Below are positions 39,441 to 48,892 of a DNA stretch of 64,000 nucleotides, piece after piece. Source of the DNA: an uncultured candidatus Brocadiaceae bacterium (lineage in GTDB: Bacteria > Planctomycetota > UBA1135 > UBA2386). Each line of letters starts with the position of its first letter. Within the stretch, counting starts at the first letter, position 1. The position numbers were made by a program, and so were the translations under genes. The DNA lies in assembly GCA_964543795.1 (NCBI GenBank), contig CAZIZN010000004.1:189176-253175 (forward strand). Direction: 5' to 3'. The notes beneath the pieces were generated by a model, which saw nothing but the letters and a program-made list of their open reading frames with translations, made no database searches and had not been told where the DNA came from.

Positions 39441-40247
39441 CTATTCCGCCGTCGATCCGTCGGCGGCGAGCAACCCGGGATCGACGCCCGCGGGCGAGAG
39501 GTCGTCCGCGTAGAGCACGCGCAGCAGGTAGAGCCCCGACGGCGGCGAGGTCGGGCCGGCTCGTCGCCGATCGCGCGAGGCCAGCACCTCGGCGATCCAC
39601 TCCGGCGGCCGGTTGCCGGTGCCGACCTCGAGCAGCGAGCCGACGAGCGTGCGCACCATGTTGTAGAGGAACCCGCTGCCCTGCACCGCGAAGTCGAACC
39701 CGTGCGGCCGGGCGAACAGGTGCACGCGGTGCAGCGTGCGCACGGTGCCCCGCTTGCGCAGGTAGCCCGGATTGGTCGCGAACGCCGCGAAGTCGTGCTG
39801 GCCGACGAGGCACTGCGCGGCGCGGCGCATCGCCGACAGGTCGACGGGCCGCCGCACCCAGTGGTAGTAGGACCGCCCGATCGCCGGCCGCACCCGGGAG
39901 ACGACGCAGCGATAGACGTATCGCTTGCCGCGGGCGAAGAACCGGGCGTGGAACCCGTCCGGGGCCGGGCGCACACGCTGTATCGCGATGTCGTCGGGCA
40001 GGTTGGCGTTGAGCGCCAGCAGCAGGTTGTCGGGCGGGAACGGGCGCGGGATCACCACGTGCGCGCACTGTCCGACGGCGTGCACGCCGGCGTCCGTGCG
40101 GCTGGCTCCTTCCACGTGCACGCCCGGGCAATCGATGGCCGCGAGGGCGCGCCGCAGCTCGTCCTGCACCGTCGGCGCGTTGTTCTGCGCCTGCCAGCCG
40201 CCGTAGCGGCTGCCGTCGTAGGCGATGGTGAGGAGATAGGTCGGCAA
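39441..40247 (-). CDS. truA: tRNA pseudouridine(38-40) synthase
   Basis: AYDGSRYGGWQ, GASRTDAGVHA, GQHDFAAF, GSGFLYNMVR; TTG start. Confidence 0.95.
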   Translation of the reverse strand: MPTYLLTIAYDGSRYGGWQAQNNAPTVQDELRRALAAIDCPGVHVEGASRTDAGVHAVGQCAHVVIPRPFPPDNLLLALNANLPDDIAIQRVRPAPDGFHARFFARGKRYVYRCVVSRVRPAIGRSYYHWVRRPVDLSAMRRAAQCLVGQHDFAAFATNPGYLRKRGTVRTLHRVHLFARPHGFDFAVQGSGFLYNMVRTLVGSLLEVGTGNRPPEWIAEVLASRDRRRAGPTSPPSGLYLLRVLYADDLSPAGVDPGLLAADGSTAE

Positions 40248-40318
40248 GCCGGGCGAACGCGAAGGACCGCGGCATCTTGCCAGGACGGAGCACCGCGCGC
40301 CCGTCCCGGCACCGCAAG

Positions 40319-40894
40319 TCAGCGGCGCAGCAGCACGCGGCAGAAGGCCGCGGCGACCAACGAGCCCGCACCGACGATGCCGGCCATGACCATGTTCTCC
40401 TGCAGCGTCGCGAGCCAGGCCGCGACCGTGCCGCCCACGGCCGCCACGCCGAGCGAGACGACCAGGGCCGTGGTCCCCCCGCCGGTGCGCAGGTCCGCGG
40501 GCAGGTGCCGCACGGCCGGCACGAGCTTCTCGCGCGGCCGGGCGGCGGCCACCGGGGCGGCGGGCGCCACGGGCCGCGGGCGCGCGGCCGGAGCCGAGCG
40601 TGGCGGCGCGGCCGGAGCCGCGGCGCGGGCGCGCGGCGGCGCCGCCGGGCCAGCCTCGCCGAGCACCTCGCTGGCGAAGTCCATCGTGGACTGCGACGGC
40701 TGGCCGCCGGGCAGCAGCCCCTGCGGGTCGCCTTCGAGCAGTTCCCAGTTCGGGTCGGCACCGGGCGAGCTGGATCGCGCGGGCCCCGGCCCCGCGTCGG
40801 CGAACAGGATGTCGTCGGGATTGCCCTCGGGCGCCTTGCTGCCCGCGCTGCCCAGGCGGACCTGTCCGTACGAGAAGGGATCGTAGCCAGTCAT
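40319..40894 (-). CDS. Hypothetical membrane protein
   Basis: Pro/Ala-rich linker and two C-terminal hydrophobic helices; overlaps the rpoN stop. Confidence 0.7.
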   Translation of the reverse strand: MTGYDPFSYGQVRLGSAGSKAPEGNPDDILFADAGPGPARSSSPGADPNWELLEGDPQGLLPGGQPSQSTMDFASEVLGEAGPAAPPRARAAAPAAPPRSAPAARPRPVAPAAPVAAARPREKLVPAVRHLPADLRTGGGTTALVVSLGVAAVGGTVAAWLATLQENMVMAGIVGAGSLVAAAFCRVLLRR

Positions 40895-42261
40895 GCGTCT
40901 CCTCCAAACCTCCGGCGCTGGTAGCTCGACGGGATGCCGAGTTCCTTGCGGTACTTCGTCACGGTGCGGCGCGCGACCTGAACGCCGCGCCCCTGCAGCG
41001 CGGCGACGAGTTCGTCGTCCGACAGCGGGGCGTCCTTGTCTTCGCCGGCGACCAGTTCCTCGATCTGCTGGGCCACGGCCATGCGGCCCTGGCCGGCGGT
41101 CGCCGGGCCGTCGATGCGACCACCGTCGAAGAAGTCGCGCAGACGGAACAGTCCACGCTCGGTCTGCACGTGCTTGCCGGCGATCGCCCGGCTGATCGTC
41201 GAGGTGTGAACGGAGAGCCGCTCGGCGACCTCGCTCATGCGCAGCGGTTTGATCGCCCCCCTGCCGCGCGCGAGGAACGCGGCCTGTTCCTGCATCACGG
41301 CTTCGACGACCGCACGCAGCGTCGCCTGGCGGTGCTGTACCGCTTCGATCAGATCGCGCGCCGCGCGCAGCTTGGGCCGCAGGTACTCACGCACCTCGCG
41401 CGCGGTGCCGCGGTCGCCGGCCAGGGCGGCGTACTCGGCGTTCACGGACAGATCGGGGACCCACCGGTCGTCGAGCGCCACGAAGGTCTCGCCGTCGCGC
41501 ACCGTGACGTAGGCATCGGGCACGATCGGCGTCGCCGTGCGCGCGTGGAACGCGGCCGCGGGCCGCGGGTCGAGTTCCCGCATGCGCGACAGCAGGTCCT
41601 GCAGTTCGTCGAGCGACAGCGCCAGGTCGCGCGCCACCTCCGGCAGCTTGTTCCTGCCCAGCGCCGGCAGGTGTTCGCGCAGGATGCGCTCGATGTGCGG
41701 CAGGTCCGGGTCGCCGGCAGCCTGCACGAGCATGGCCTCGATCGGGTCGAACGCGCCGATGCCGCGCGGCTCGAGCGTCAGCAGGACGGCGCGCGCCGCC
41801 TCGAGCAGATCGACGGGCACGTCGAGTTCCGCCGCAACGTCGGCGAGCGCGAACGGCAGCAGCCCCCGCTCGTCGAGACGTTCGGCGAGCTTGCCGACGG
41901 CGTCGGCGAGCAGGGCCGGCACGCCGCGGAATGCGAGCTGCTGCCGCACGAAGTCGAGCAGGCCGTCGGCCTCGGCGGGCTGGTTGGCGAGCCACTGGTG
42001 CTTGCCGTCCTCGCCATCGCCCGTCGGCCCGCGCCGCCACTCCTGCCAGCCGGAGTCGTCGGGCTCCGGACCCGGTGCCGGCAGCTCCGTCTCACCCGCC
42101 GGTGCCCGCAGCTCGAGCGCCTCGTTCTTCTGCACCTCGGCTTCGACGTACTGGAGCAGGTCCTCGGTCGCGAGCTGCAGCACCTCGATGGACTGCAGCA
42201 TCTGCGGCAACAGCGCGAGGCGCTGCTCCTGCCGCTGGCCGAGGCGTACTTCGAGGCTCAT
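40891..42261 (-). CDS. rpoN: RNA polymerase sigma-54 factor
   Basis: Q/L-rich region I, LEPRGIGA, HTSTISRA HTH, RpoN box ARRTVTKYR. Confidence 0.96.
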   Translation of the reverse strand: MSLEVRLGQRQEQRLALLPQMLQSIEVLQLATEDLLQYVEAEVQKNEALELRAPAGETELPAPGPEPDDSGWQEWRRGPTGDGEDGKHQWLANQPAEADGLLDFVRQQLAFRGVPALLADAVGKLAERLDERGLLPFALADVAAELDVPVDLLEAARAVLLTLEPRGIGAFDPIEAMLVQAAGDPDLPHIERILREHLPALGRNKLPEVARDLALSLDELQDLLSRMRELDPRPAAAFHARTATPIVPDAYVTVRDGETFVALDDRWVPDLSVNAEYAALAGDRGTAREVREYLRPKLRAARDLIEAVQHRQATLRAVVEAVMQEQAAFLARGRGAIKPLRMSEVAERLSVHTSTISRAIAGKHVQTERGLFRLRDFFDGGRIDGPATAGQGRMAVAQQIEELVAGEDKDAPLSDDELVAALQGRGVQVARRTVTKYRKELGIPSSYQRRRFGGDA

Positions 42262-42371
42262 GGATGCAAGGCTCGTTGACGACGGGCCTTTCGGCACACG
42301 GCGGCGAGATCTTGAGCGCTCGGCGCCGGACTGTCCTGGAATTGGTCAACCGGCGGTCGGGAACCGGCGAC

Positions 42372-44870
42372 TCACTCGCGCCGCCGCCGCTGCGGCCGCG
42401 CCTCGGGCCGCGCGGCCAGCGGGTCCTCGGGCCAGCTGTGCCGCGGATAGCGCCGGCTCAGCTCGCGGCGCACCTCGGGGTAGACGTTCTTCCAGAAGCT
42501 CGGCAGGTCGGTCGTGACCTGCACGGGCTGGTGATTGGGTGCCAGCAGTTCGAGCACGACGGGCACGCGGCCGCCAGCGAGCGCCCCCACCGCCGGCAGG
42601 CCGAAGAACTCCTGCAGCCGCGCCGAGATCGTCGGCCCGGCCGGCGCGCCGTAGTCGACGACCGCGGCGCGACCCGACGGCAGCTCCACGCGGTCGGGAG
42701 CGAACTGCGCGAGCGCACGGCGCTGCTCGTGGGTCCACCCCGAGAGCAGCAGCACCGCGACGTCGGCGTCCTGCAGCACCCGCAGGTCGGTGCGCTCGCC
42801 GAGCAGGGGTGCGGCCGCTGCCGCCACCGCGGCGTCGTCGCTGGCGGGCAACCCGAGCTCGGGCATGCGTTCGCGCAACCAGGCGATGCGCGCGAGCAGG
42901 CGCCGCAGCTCCTTCTGCTCGCCGAGCCAGCGCCAGGGCTCGGCGGCGAGCAGCGGCAGCAACCGCTCCGCCGCCGCACCCGGCGGCAGCTCGCCCCCGC
43001 ACGCCGAACTGAGCGGCAGGTCGAGGTAACGCAGTTCGCGCCGCGCGAACACGCGACCCTGCGCCGCGTCGAGCTCGGCGACGACGATCGTCTCGAGCCG
43101 GCCCATCGCCTCGAGGTCGGCGCGCTCGATCGCGGCCGTGAGCGTGGCGCGCGAACGGTTCTGCCGGCCCGTCTCGAGCAGGCGCAGCGCCAGCACGAGG
43201 TCGTGACCGTCGACGGCCGCCGGCAACACGATCCCGCGACCGCCGACCATCGTCGCGCTGCGCGCCTCGCCGCCGCCGCGCACGGCGACGCGGTCGGGGA
43301 ACCCGGCGAGCAGCGCGCGCGGCAGCGAGCTCGTGTCGCGCCCGCCGTCGCCGCGATCGCGCCGCTGCGGCAACAGCCGGTCGCGCGCCGCTCGGAGCTG
43401 CCGCGCCTGCCCCGACCAGCTGCCGAACTCGCGGCACAGCGCGTCGGGGAAGCCGCGCTCCTCGGCGAGCAGGAACGCGTCGGTCGCAAGGAGCAGATCG
43501 GCACCGTCGCCCTGGCCGAGCCGGTCGACGTCGCTGAGCAGCGTCGCCGCGGTCGCCGCCGCCACAGCACAGCCGAGTTCGCGGCCCGCGAGCACGACGG
43601 CCCCCAGACGCGGGTGCAGCGGCAGGTCGAGCAGCGCGCGGCCGCGCGGCGTCAGCGCCTGCGTCCTGCCGTCGAGCGCCCCGAGCAGCACGAGCAGTTC
43701 GTCGGCGGCGTGCAGCGCGGCCGGCGGCGGCGCCTCGTACCAGCCGAACTGCCGCGGATCGCGGCCCGCGAACGCGCGCACGAGCAGGGCCGGGCCGCAG
43801 AGGTCGATGCGCTGCACGTCGGGCCGCGCGCGCGGCGCCATGCCGCGCTCCTCGGCGAGCGTCCAGAGCCGGTAGCAGCGGCCGGGCCCGGTGCGGCCGG
43901 CGCGGCCCGCGCGCTGCGTCGCCGAGGCGACGGCGATGCGTTCGAGCAGCAGCACGTCGACACCGCGGCCGCGGTCGAAGCGCAGTTCGCGCGCGAGCCC
44001 CGAGTCGACGACCGCCGTGACCCCCGGGATCGTCAGCGAACTCTCGGCGACGTTCGTCGACAGCACGACCTTGCGGCGGTCCGCCGGCCGGATGGCGCGG
44101 TCCTGTTCGGCGGGCTCGAGGCGGCCGTGCAACGGCAGCACGAGCACGGCGCGCCGCCGCGCGAGATTCTCGAGCGCCGTCTCGCAGCGCGCGATCTCGC
44201 CCGTGCCGGGCAGGAACACGAGCACGTCGCCGCTCGTCTCGTCGAGCGCGCGATCGACCGTGTTGCGCACCTGCACCTCGAGCGGGTCGTCGCTGCGCCG
44301 CTCCTGGTGCACGATCTCGACCGGGAACAGCCGACCGTCGGCTTCGATCGTCGCCGCGCCCGGCAGGAACGCGCGCAGCGGCGCCGGGTCGAGCGTCGCC
44401 GACATCACGCACAGCTTGAGATCGGGCCGCACCGTGGCCCGCGCTTCGGCGAGCATCGCCAGCGCGAGGTCGCCTTCGAGGTGGCGTTCGTGGAACTCGT
44501 CGAGGCAGACCGCGCCGGTGCCGTCGAGGAACGGGTCCTGCACGAGGCGGCGCACGAGCACGCCCTCGGTGACGAAGCGGATGCGCGTCGTGCGCCCGAT
44601 CCGCTGGTCGCCGCGCACCTGGTAGCCGACGAGTCCGCCGAGTTCGCAGCCGAGTTCCTGGGCGACGCGCGCGGCCGCCGCGCGCGCGGCGAGCCGGCGC
44701 GGTTCGAGCACGACGACCTCCTGGTCCTGGGCCAGGAGCGGCAGCAGCGCCGGCGGCACGCGCGTGGTCTTGCCCGAGCCCGGCGGCGCCATCAGCAACA
44801 GCGCGCTGTGGTGCTGCAGCGCCTGCTGCACCGCCGGCAGCACGTCGTCGATCGGCAGCGGCTCGTTCAC
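42372..44870 (-). CDS. hrpB: ATP-dependent helicase HrpB
   Basis: GSGKTT, DEFHER, MSAT, TNVAESSLT, QRAGRAGR, C-terminal RLQEFFG and FWKNVYPEVR. Confidence 0.95.
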   Translation of the reverse strand: MNEPLPIDDVLPAVQQALQHHSALLLMAPPGSGKTTRVPPALLPLLAQDQEVVVLEPRRLAARAAAARVAQELGCELGGLVGYQVRGDQRIGRTTRIRFVTEGVLVRRLVQDPFLDGTGAVCLDEFHERHLEGDLALAMLAEARATVRPDLKLCVMSATLDPAPLRAFLPGAATIEADGRLFPVEIVHQERRSDDPLEVQVRNTVDRALDETSGDVLVFLPGTGEIARCETALENLARRRAVLVLPLHGRLEPAEQDRAIRPADRRKVVLSTNVAESSLTIPGVTAVVDSGLARELRFDRGRGVDVLLLERIAVASATQRAGRAGRTGPGRCYRLWTLAEERGMAPRARPDVQRIDLCGPALLVRAFAGRDPRQFGWYEAPPPAALHAADELLVLLGALDGRTQALTPRGRALLDLPLHPRLGAVVLAGRELGCAVAAATAATLLSDVDRLGQGDGADLLLATDAFLLAEERGFPDALCREFGSWSGQARQLRAARDRLLPQRRDRGDGGRDTSSLPRALLAGFPDRVAVRGGGEARSATMVGGRGIVLPAAVDGHDLVLALRLLETGRQNRSRATLTAAIERADLEAMGRLETIVVAELDAAQGRVFARRELRYLDLPLSSACGGELPPGAAAERLLPLLAAEPWRWLGEQKELRRLLARIAWLRERMPELGLPASDDAAVAAAAAPLLGERTDLRVLQDADVAVLLLSGWTHEQRRALAQFAPDRVELPSGRAAVVDYGAPAGPTISARLQEFFGLPAVGALAGGRVPVVLELLAPNHQPVQVTTDLPSFWKNVYPEVRRELSRRYPRHSWPEDPLAARPEARPQRRRRE

Positions 44871-44895
44871 GGCGCGGGGCTCGCGGCTGCTGGGT

Positions 44896-45495
44896 TCACG
44901 GCAGCGGCCGACGGCCCTCGATCGCATCGGCGAGGATCGACTTGCTGACCTGCGCGATCGACGCGCCGGCCGGCAAGCCGCGCGCGAGGCGCGTGACCTT
45001 CGCACCGAGCGGCGCCAGTCGTTCGGCGAGCAGGCGCGCGGTGCTCTCGCCCTCGAGGTCGGGGTTGGTGGCGAGGCAGACCTCGGCGGGACGTTCGCGC
45101 TGCACGCGTGCCAGCAGCACGTCGGTGGTCAGGTCCTCGGGGCGCACCCCCTCGAACTGCGACAGTCGGCCCTGCAACACGTGGTAGAGCCCGCGGTAGC
45201 CGACCTCTTCGAACCGCGCGACCTCGCGCGAGTCCTCGACGACGAGCAGCATCGACGGATCGCGCGCGGCGTCGGCGCAGATCGAACAGGGATCGGTGGC
45301 GTCGAGGTTGCAGCAGCGCGAGCAGGCGCGCACGGCAGCACGCACGTCCTCGATCGCACGCGCGAGCTGCAGCGCCTCCTGCTTCTCGACGCGCAGCAGG
45401 AAGAACGCGATGCGTTCCGCACTCTTGGGCCCGATGCCGGGCAAGCGGGCGAGCGCCTCGATGAGGCGCTCGATCGACGGGTGCCGGCTGGCCAT
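44896..45495 (-). CDS. recR: Recombination mediator RecR
   Basis: LPGIGPKSAER HhH, C4 zinc finger, Toprim ATNPDLEGE. Confidence 0.96.
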   Translation of the reverse strand: MASRHPSIERLIEALARLPGIGPKSAERIAFFLLRVEKQEALQLARAIEDVRAAVRACSRCCNLDATDPCSICADAARDPSMLLVVEDSREVARFEEVGYRGLYHVLQGRLSQFEGVRPEDLTTDVLLARVQRERPAEVCLATNPDLEGESTARLLAERLAPLGAKVTRLARGLPAGASIAQVSKSILADAIEGRRPLP

Positions 45496-45513
45496 CGGCG
45501 CCGTGGTCGCTTG

Positions 45514-45840
45514 TCAGAATCCCATGCCGGGCAGGTTCATGCCGCCCGTGACCTTCGCCATCTCGCGCTCGCGCAGCGCCTTCGCCGCAGCGAGGGCCTG
45601 CCGCACCGCGGCGGTGACGAGGTCCTCCAGCGCTTCGACGTCGGCGGGATCGACGGCGGCCTTGTCGATCTTGATCGCCTGCAGGTCCTGGTTGCCGTTG
45701 ACGAAGACCTTGACGGCGCCGCCGCCGGCCGAGCCTTCGAGGATGCGCTCTTCGAGCGAACGCTGCGTCTCCTGCACGCGTCGCTGCATCTCCTGGGCCT
45801 GTTTGAGCAGGCTGCTCATGTCGCCGAAGCCGGTAGCCAT
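45514..45840 (-). CDS. ybaB: YbaB/EbfC nucleoid-associated protein
   Basis: LLKQAQEMQ, GSAGGGAVKV, LEDLVTAA; directly upstream of recR. Confidence 0.93.
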   Translation of the reverse strand: MATGFGDMSSLLKQAQEMQRRVQETQRSLEERILEGSAGGGAVKVFVNGNQDLQAIKIDKAAVDPADVEALEDLVTAAVRQALAAAKALREREMAKVTGGMNLPGMGF

Positions 45841-46268
45841 GACGGGATCATGCCGGGTCCGGGCCGCCGCGGCCATGGGCGACCGGCCGCGCGGCGCGCG
45901 CGGCGCGGCCCGATCCGCGCGCCACGAGTTCGTTCCAGAACGCGGTCGCTTCGGGCAGGCCGTGGCGCTGCGCCTTCCCGGAACCCGTCCCTCTGCCACC
46001 CAGAGATCGTCTTGCGATGTGCAGCGCACATGCCTTGCCAACCCACGACACTTGGCGACCCGTCGGTCGCACATCGGGTCCTGCTCGTGTTCGGCCAGGA
46101 AGCGGACTCCGAGTTCGTGGCGGTAGTGCGCCGTCTGCCCTGGACCAGGGGGCTCCCAAACATGCGCGCCATGCTGGCGACCCTGCCCACGTCGCCCTTG
46201 CAGGCGTCAACCCAGCCCCTGGGATTCCGGAGCTGCCCGCCGACACCGTGCGCAACCCCTCGCCCGCA

Positions 46269-47579
46269 TCACAGCTGCGTCCAGACCTGGTTGCCGCCCA
46301 CCAGTGCCGGCGCCGTCGTCAGCCCGAGCGCGTGCATGACGAGCCGCGTGCCCGGAGGCAGCACGAGCCCCTGCAGGTTCAGCACCCAGTAGCCCGGCGC
46401 CGCGCCGCTGAGCCAGCTCGGGATGAACGTCGCCGGATCGACGAGGATCGGCCCCTGGCCGGGCACCGTCGCCAGCCCGTCGTCGAAGCTGAACAGCACG
46501 AAGGTGAACATGCCCTGCCACGCCGACGCAGTCTGGATCGTCAGCAGCGCCGTCGCCGGATCGAACACCGCCGTCAACGCGAGCGGCGTGCGCTCGTGGC
46601 AGCCGATGTCCGGGCGCAGGGAACCGTCCTGGTCGTGGTCGACGATGCGCGACACCCCGTCGAGATCGGCGCGCGCGAACACCGCGGCGGTGCCCGCATC
46701 GAGGCACGGACTCGTCGCCTGCAGCCGGAAGTCGCCGGTCGCGGCGCCGACGAACTGCGGGTCCGTGCCGACGATGTTCGTCGGCGGCAGTCCCGCGGCG
46801 AGCCCGACGCCCTGGCCGACCGTCGTCGTCTGGTGCACCCAGTTGTGCTCGTAGCGGGCGACGTTGTTCGCGGCGTTGTTGTTCTCGAACGCGATGTTGT
46901 AGCCGACGATCAGGTTGTTGCGGCAGCGCGACGTCGCCGAGTCGCTGATGTAGGCCTTCCACGCGCCGGTCACGAACGTGTTGTTGTCGATCGAGTTGTC
47001 GCCCGCGTACTCGAGGATCGCGTCGTTGCTGCAGTTCCAGAACAGGTTGTCGTGGATGCGCCAGCCCTGCACGTTGTCGGCGGTCCAGAGCACGATCGCG
47101 CGGTTGCAGCCGACGAAACGGCAGCGGTCGATCTCGACGTCGCGCGCGGCGTTGCCCGAGTTGACCGCGGAGCCGCTGCTGATGACCCGCGTCCACCAGC
47201 CGCTCTGGTCGCTGTTGAGGAAGGTCAGGTTCGTGAGGCGCAGCCGGTCGGCACCGTTGACGAGCCGGAACACCGTCGACGCCGAACCGGCGAGGTCGAA
47301 CACCGCGCCGCCGAGACCGCGGATCACGAGGTCCTGTTGCGCCGTGTTGCCGACCGTGATCGGCAGCACCTCGCCGTTGTGGGACGGTCCGTAGAGCCCG
47401 GCGAGCAGATGGATGCGGTCGCCGGGGCCCGCGAAGACGCACGCGGTCGACAGCGTGCGCAGCGGCAAGGCGTGGGTGCCGGGATTGCTGTCCGAGCCGA
47501 CGGCGGGTTCCACCCACCACTCCCGCTGGGCGGACACGGACGCGGCGAGCACGACGAACACGGCGAGCGACAGACGCAT
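46269..47579 (-). CDS. Secreted right-handed beta-helix protein (DUF1565-like N-terminus)
   Basis: Signal peptide; GSDSNPGT...PLRTL...GD.I.L..G.Y; NN-rich helix turns; DFRLQATSPCLDAG and PDIGCHE. Confidence 0.8.
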   Translation of the reverse strand: MRLSLAVFVVLAASVSAQREWWVEPAVGSDSNPGTHALPLRTLSTACVFAGPGDRIHLLAGLYGPSHNGEVLPITVGNTAQQDLVIRGLGGAVFDLAGSASTVFRLVNGADRLRLTNLTFLNSDQSGWWTRVISSGSAVNSGNAARDVEIDRCRFVGCNRAIVLWTADNVQGWRIHDNLFWNCSNDAILEYAGDNSIDNNTFVTGAWKAYISDSATSRCRNNLIVGYNIAFENNNAANNVARYEHNWVHQTTTVGQGVGLAAGLPPTNIVGTDPQFVGAATGDFRLQATSPCLDAGTAAVFARADLDGVSRIVDHDQDGSLRPDIGCHERTPLALTAVFDPATALLTIQTASAWQGMFTFVLFSFDDGLATVPGQGPILVDPATFIPSWLSGAAPGYWVLNLQGLVLPPGTRLVMHALGLTTAPALVGGNQVWTQL

Positions 47580-47781
47580 GGTTCCTCCGGGGTCGGTGAC
47601 GACGAGACGGCAAGGTATCCGCGGCCGCCCCGGACGGGGTCTGTCGGCCGCCTCCCCGAGTGGTAGCATCGCCCGGGCGTTCCTCCCGACGCTGGCCGCG
47701 GATCGAGATGTCGCGGCCCGGCGGCGCTGGATGGACGCACGTTCCCTCTCGTCCCCAACCCAGCAGATCCCAGCCCCAACC

Positions 47782-48888
47782 ATGCGCATCCTGCCCCTGC
47801 TCGTGGCGCTCGGCGCCGTTTCGACACCCGTACTGGCCCAGGCGGGCTGCACCGCCGGCGCCGGTCCGACCACCACGCTCGCGACGATGAACCCGTTCGC
47901 GGGCACGAGCCTCTACGGCCACCCCAACTTCCCGAACAGCCCCGGCCCGGGCTACCCCGGCTTCAGCTTCCTGATCGACATGCAGCCGATCGTCGACATC
48001 GCGATCAGCCGCATCGACCTCGACCTCTACGACGACGGCAACCTCGTGCAGGTCAACTCGACGACGACCGTCACGAGCCCCAACCAGGTCGGTGCCACGA
48101 CGACGGTGACGTTCTATCTCTTCCCGGGCCCCTCCTGGGTGGGCAACGAGTTGAACCAGGCAGCCTGGGGGCCGCTCGGCACGGGCACGCTGACCGTCGC
48201 CCCGCACCACACCGATTCGCAGATCCTGTTCAACCCGCCGGTGCTGCTGCCGGCCGGGTCGTGGGGCATCGCGATCCAGGTGCCGCCGACGACGACCGGC
48301 CCCAACCCGGGACCGCTGCACCCGATGCTGATCAACCCGACGACGCCGACCTTGCCGCTGCCCTACACCGACGGCGTGTTGACGATGACCAACGTGCAGT
48401 TCCAGCGCGAGAGCTGGACGCAGGCCCCCGTCTCCGCCGCGCACCAGCAGAGCATCGAGATCCACTACGCGCCGCAGACCGGCTACGCGAACTGGACGAG
48501 CTTCGGCATCGGCTGCGGCTCGCCGGTCGCGCCCCAGCTGCAGCTCGGCGCGCGCCCCCGCATCGGCACGACGATCGACTTCCGTACCGTCGGCATCGCG
48601 CCGAACATGCCGATCGCGTTCTACGCGCTCGGCTTCACGCCCGATCCGTTCGGCTTCCCGCTCGGCCAGTTCGGGCTGCCCGGCTGCCACCTCTACCTGC
48701 AGTTCGGGAGCCCGCTCGTGACCAGCATCGCGCTCGTGAACGGCGGCCTCGCCACGCTGCCGCTGCCGGTGCCGAACGACGTGAGCTTCTCCGGGCTCGT
48801 GCTCTACGCGCAGGCCGCGCCGTCGACCGGGCCGAGCGCCGTCTTCGCGCTGACCAACGCCGTCTGCGTGGCGATCGGCCAGCTGTAG
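47782..48888 (+). CDS. Secreted protein with shared Cys-containing C-terminal domain
   Basis: Signal peptide ending VLAQ; ends FGIGC...GLPGC...VPND...LYAQ...TNAVCVAIG. Confidence 0.75.
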   Translation: MRILPLLVALGAVSTPVLAQAGCTAGAGPTTTLATMNPFAGTSLYGHPNFPNSPGPGYPGFSFLIDMQPIVDIAISRIDLDLYDDGNLVQVNSTTTVTSPNQVGATTTVTFYLFPGPSWVGNELNQAAWGPLGTGTLTVAPHHTDSQILFNPPVLLPAGSWGIAIQVPPTTTGPNPGPLHPMLINPTTPTLPLPYTDGVLTMTNVQFQRESWTQAPVSAAHQQSIEIHYAPQTGYANWTSFGIGCGSPVAPQLQLGARPRIGTTIDFRTVGIAPNMPIAFYALGFTPDPFGFPLGQFGLPGCHLYLQFGSPLVTSIALVNGGLATLPLPVPNDVSFSGLVLYAQAAPSTGPSAVFALTNAVCVAIGQL

Positions 48889-48892
48889 GCTG

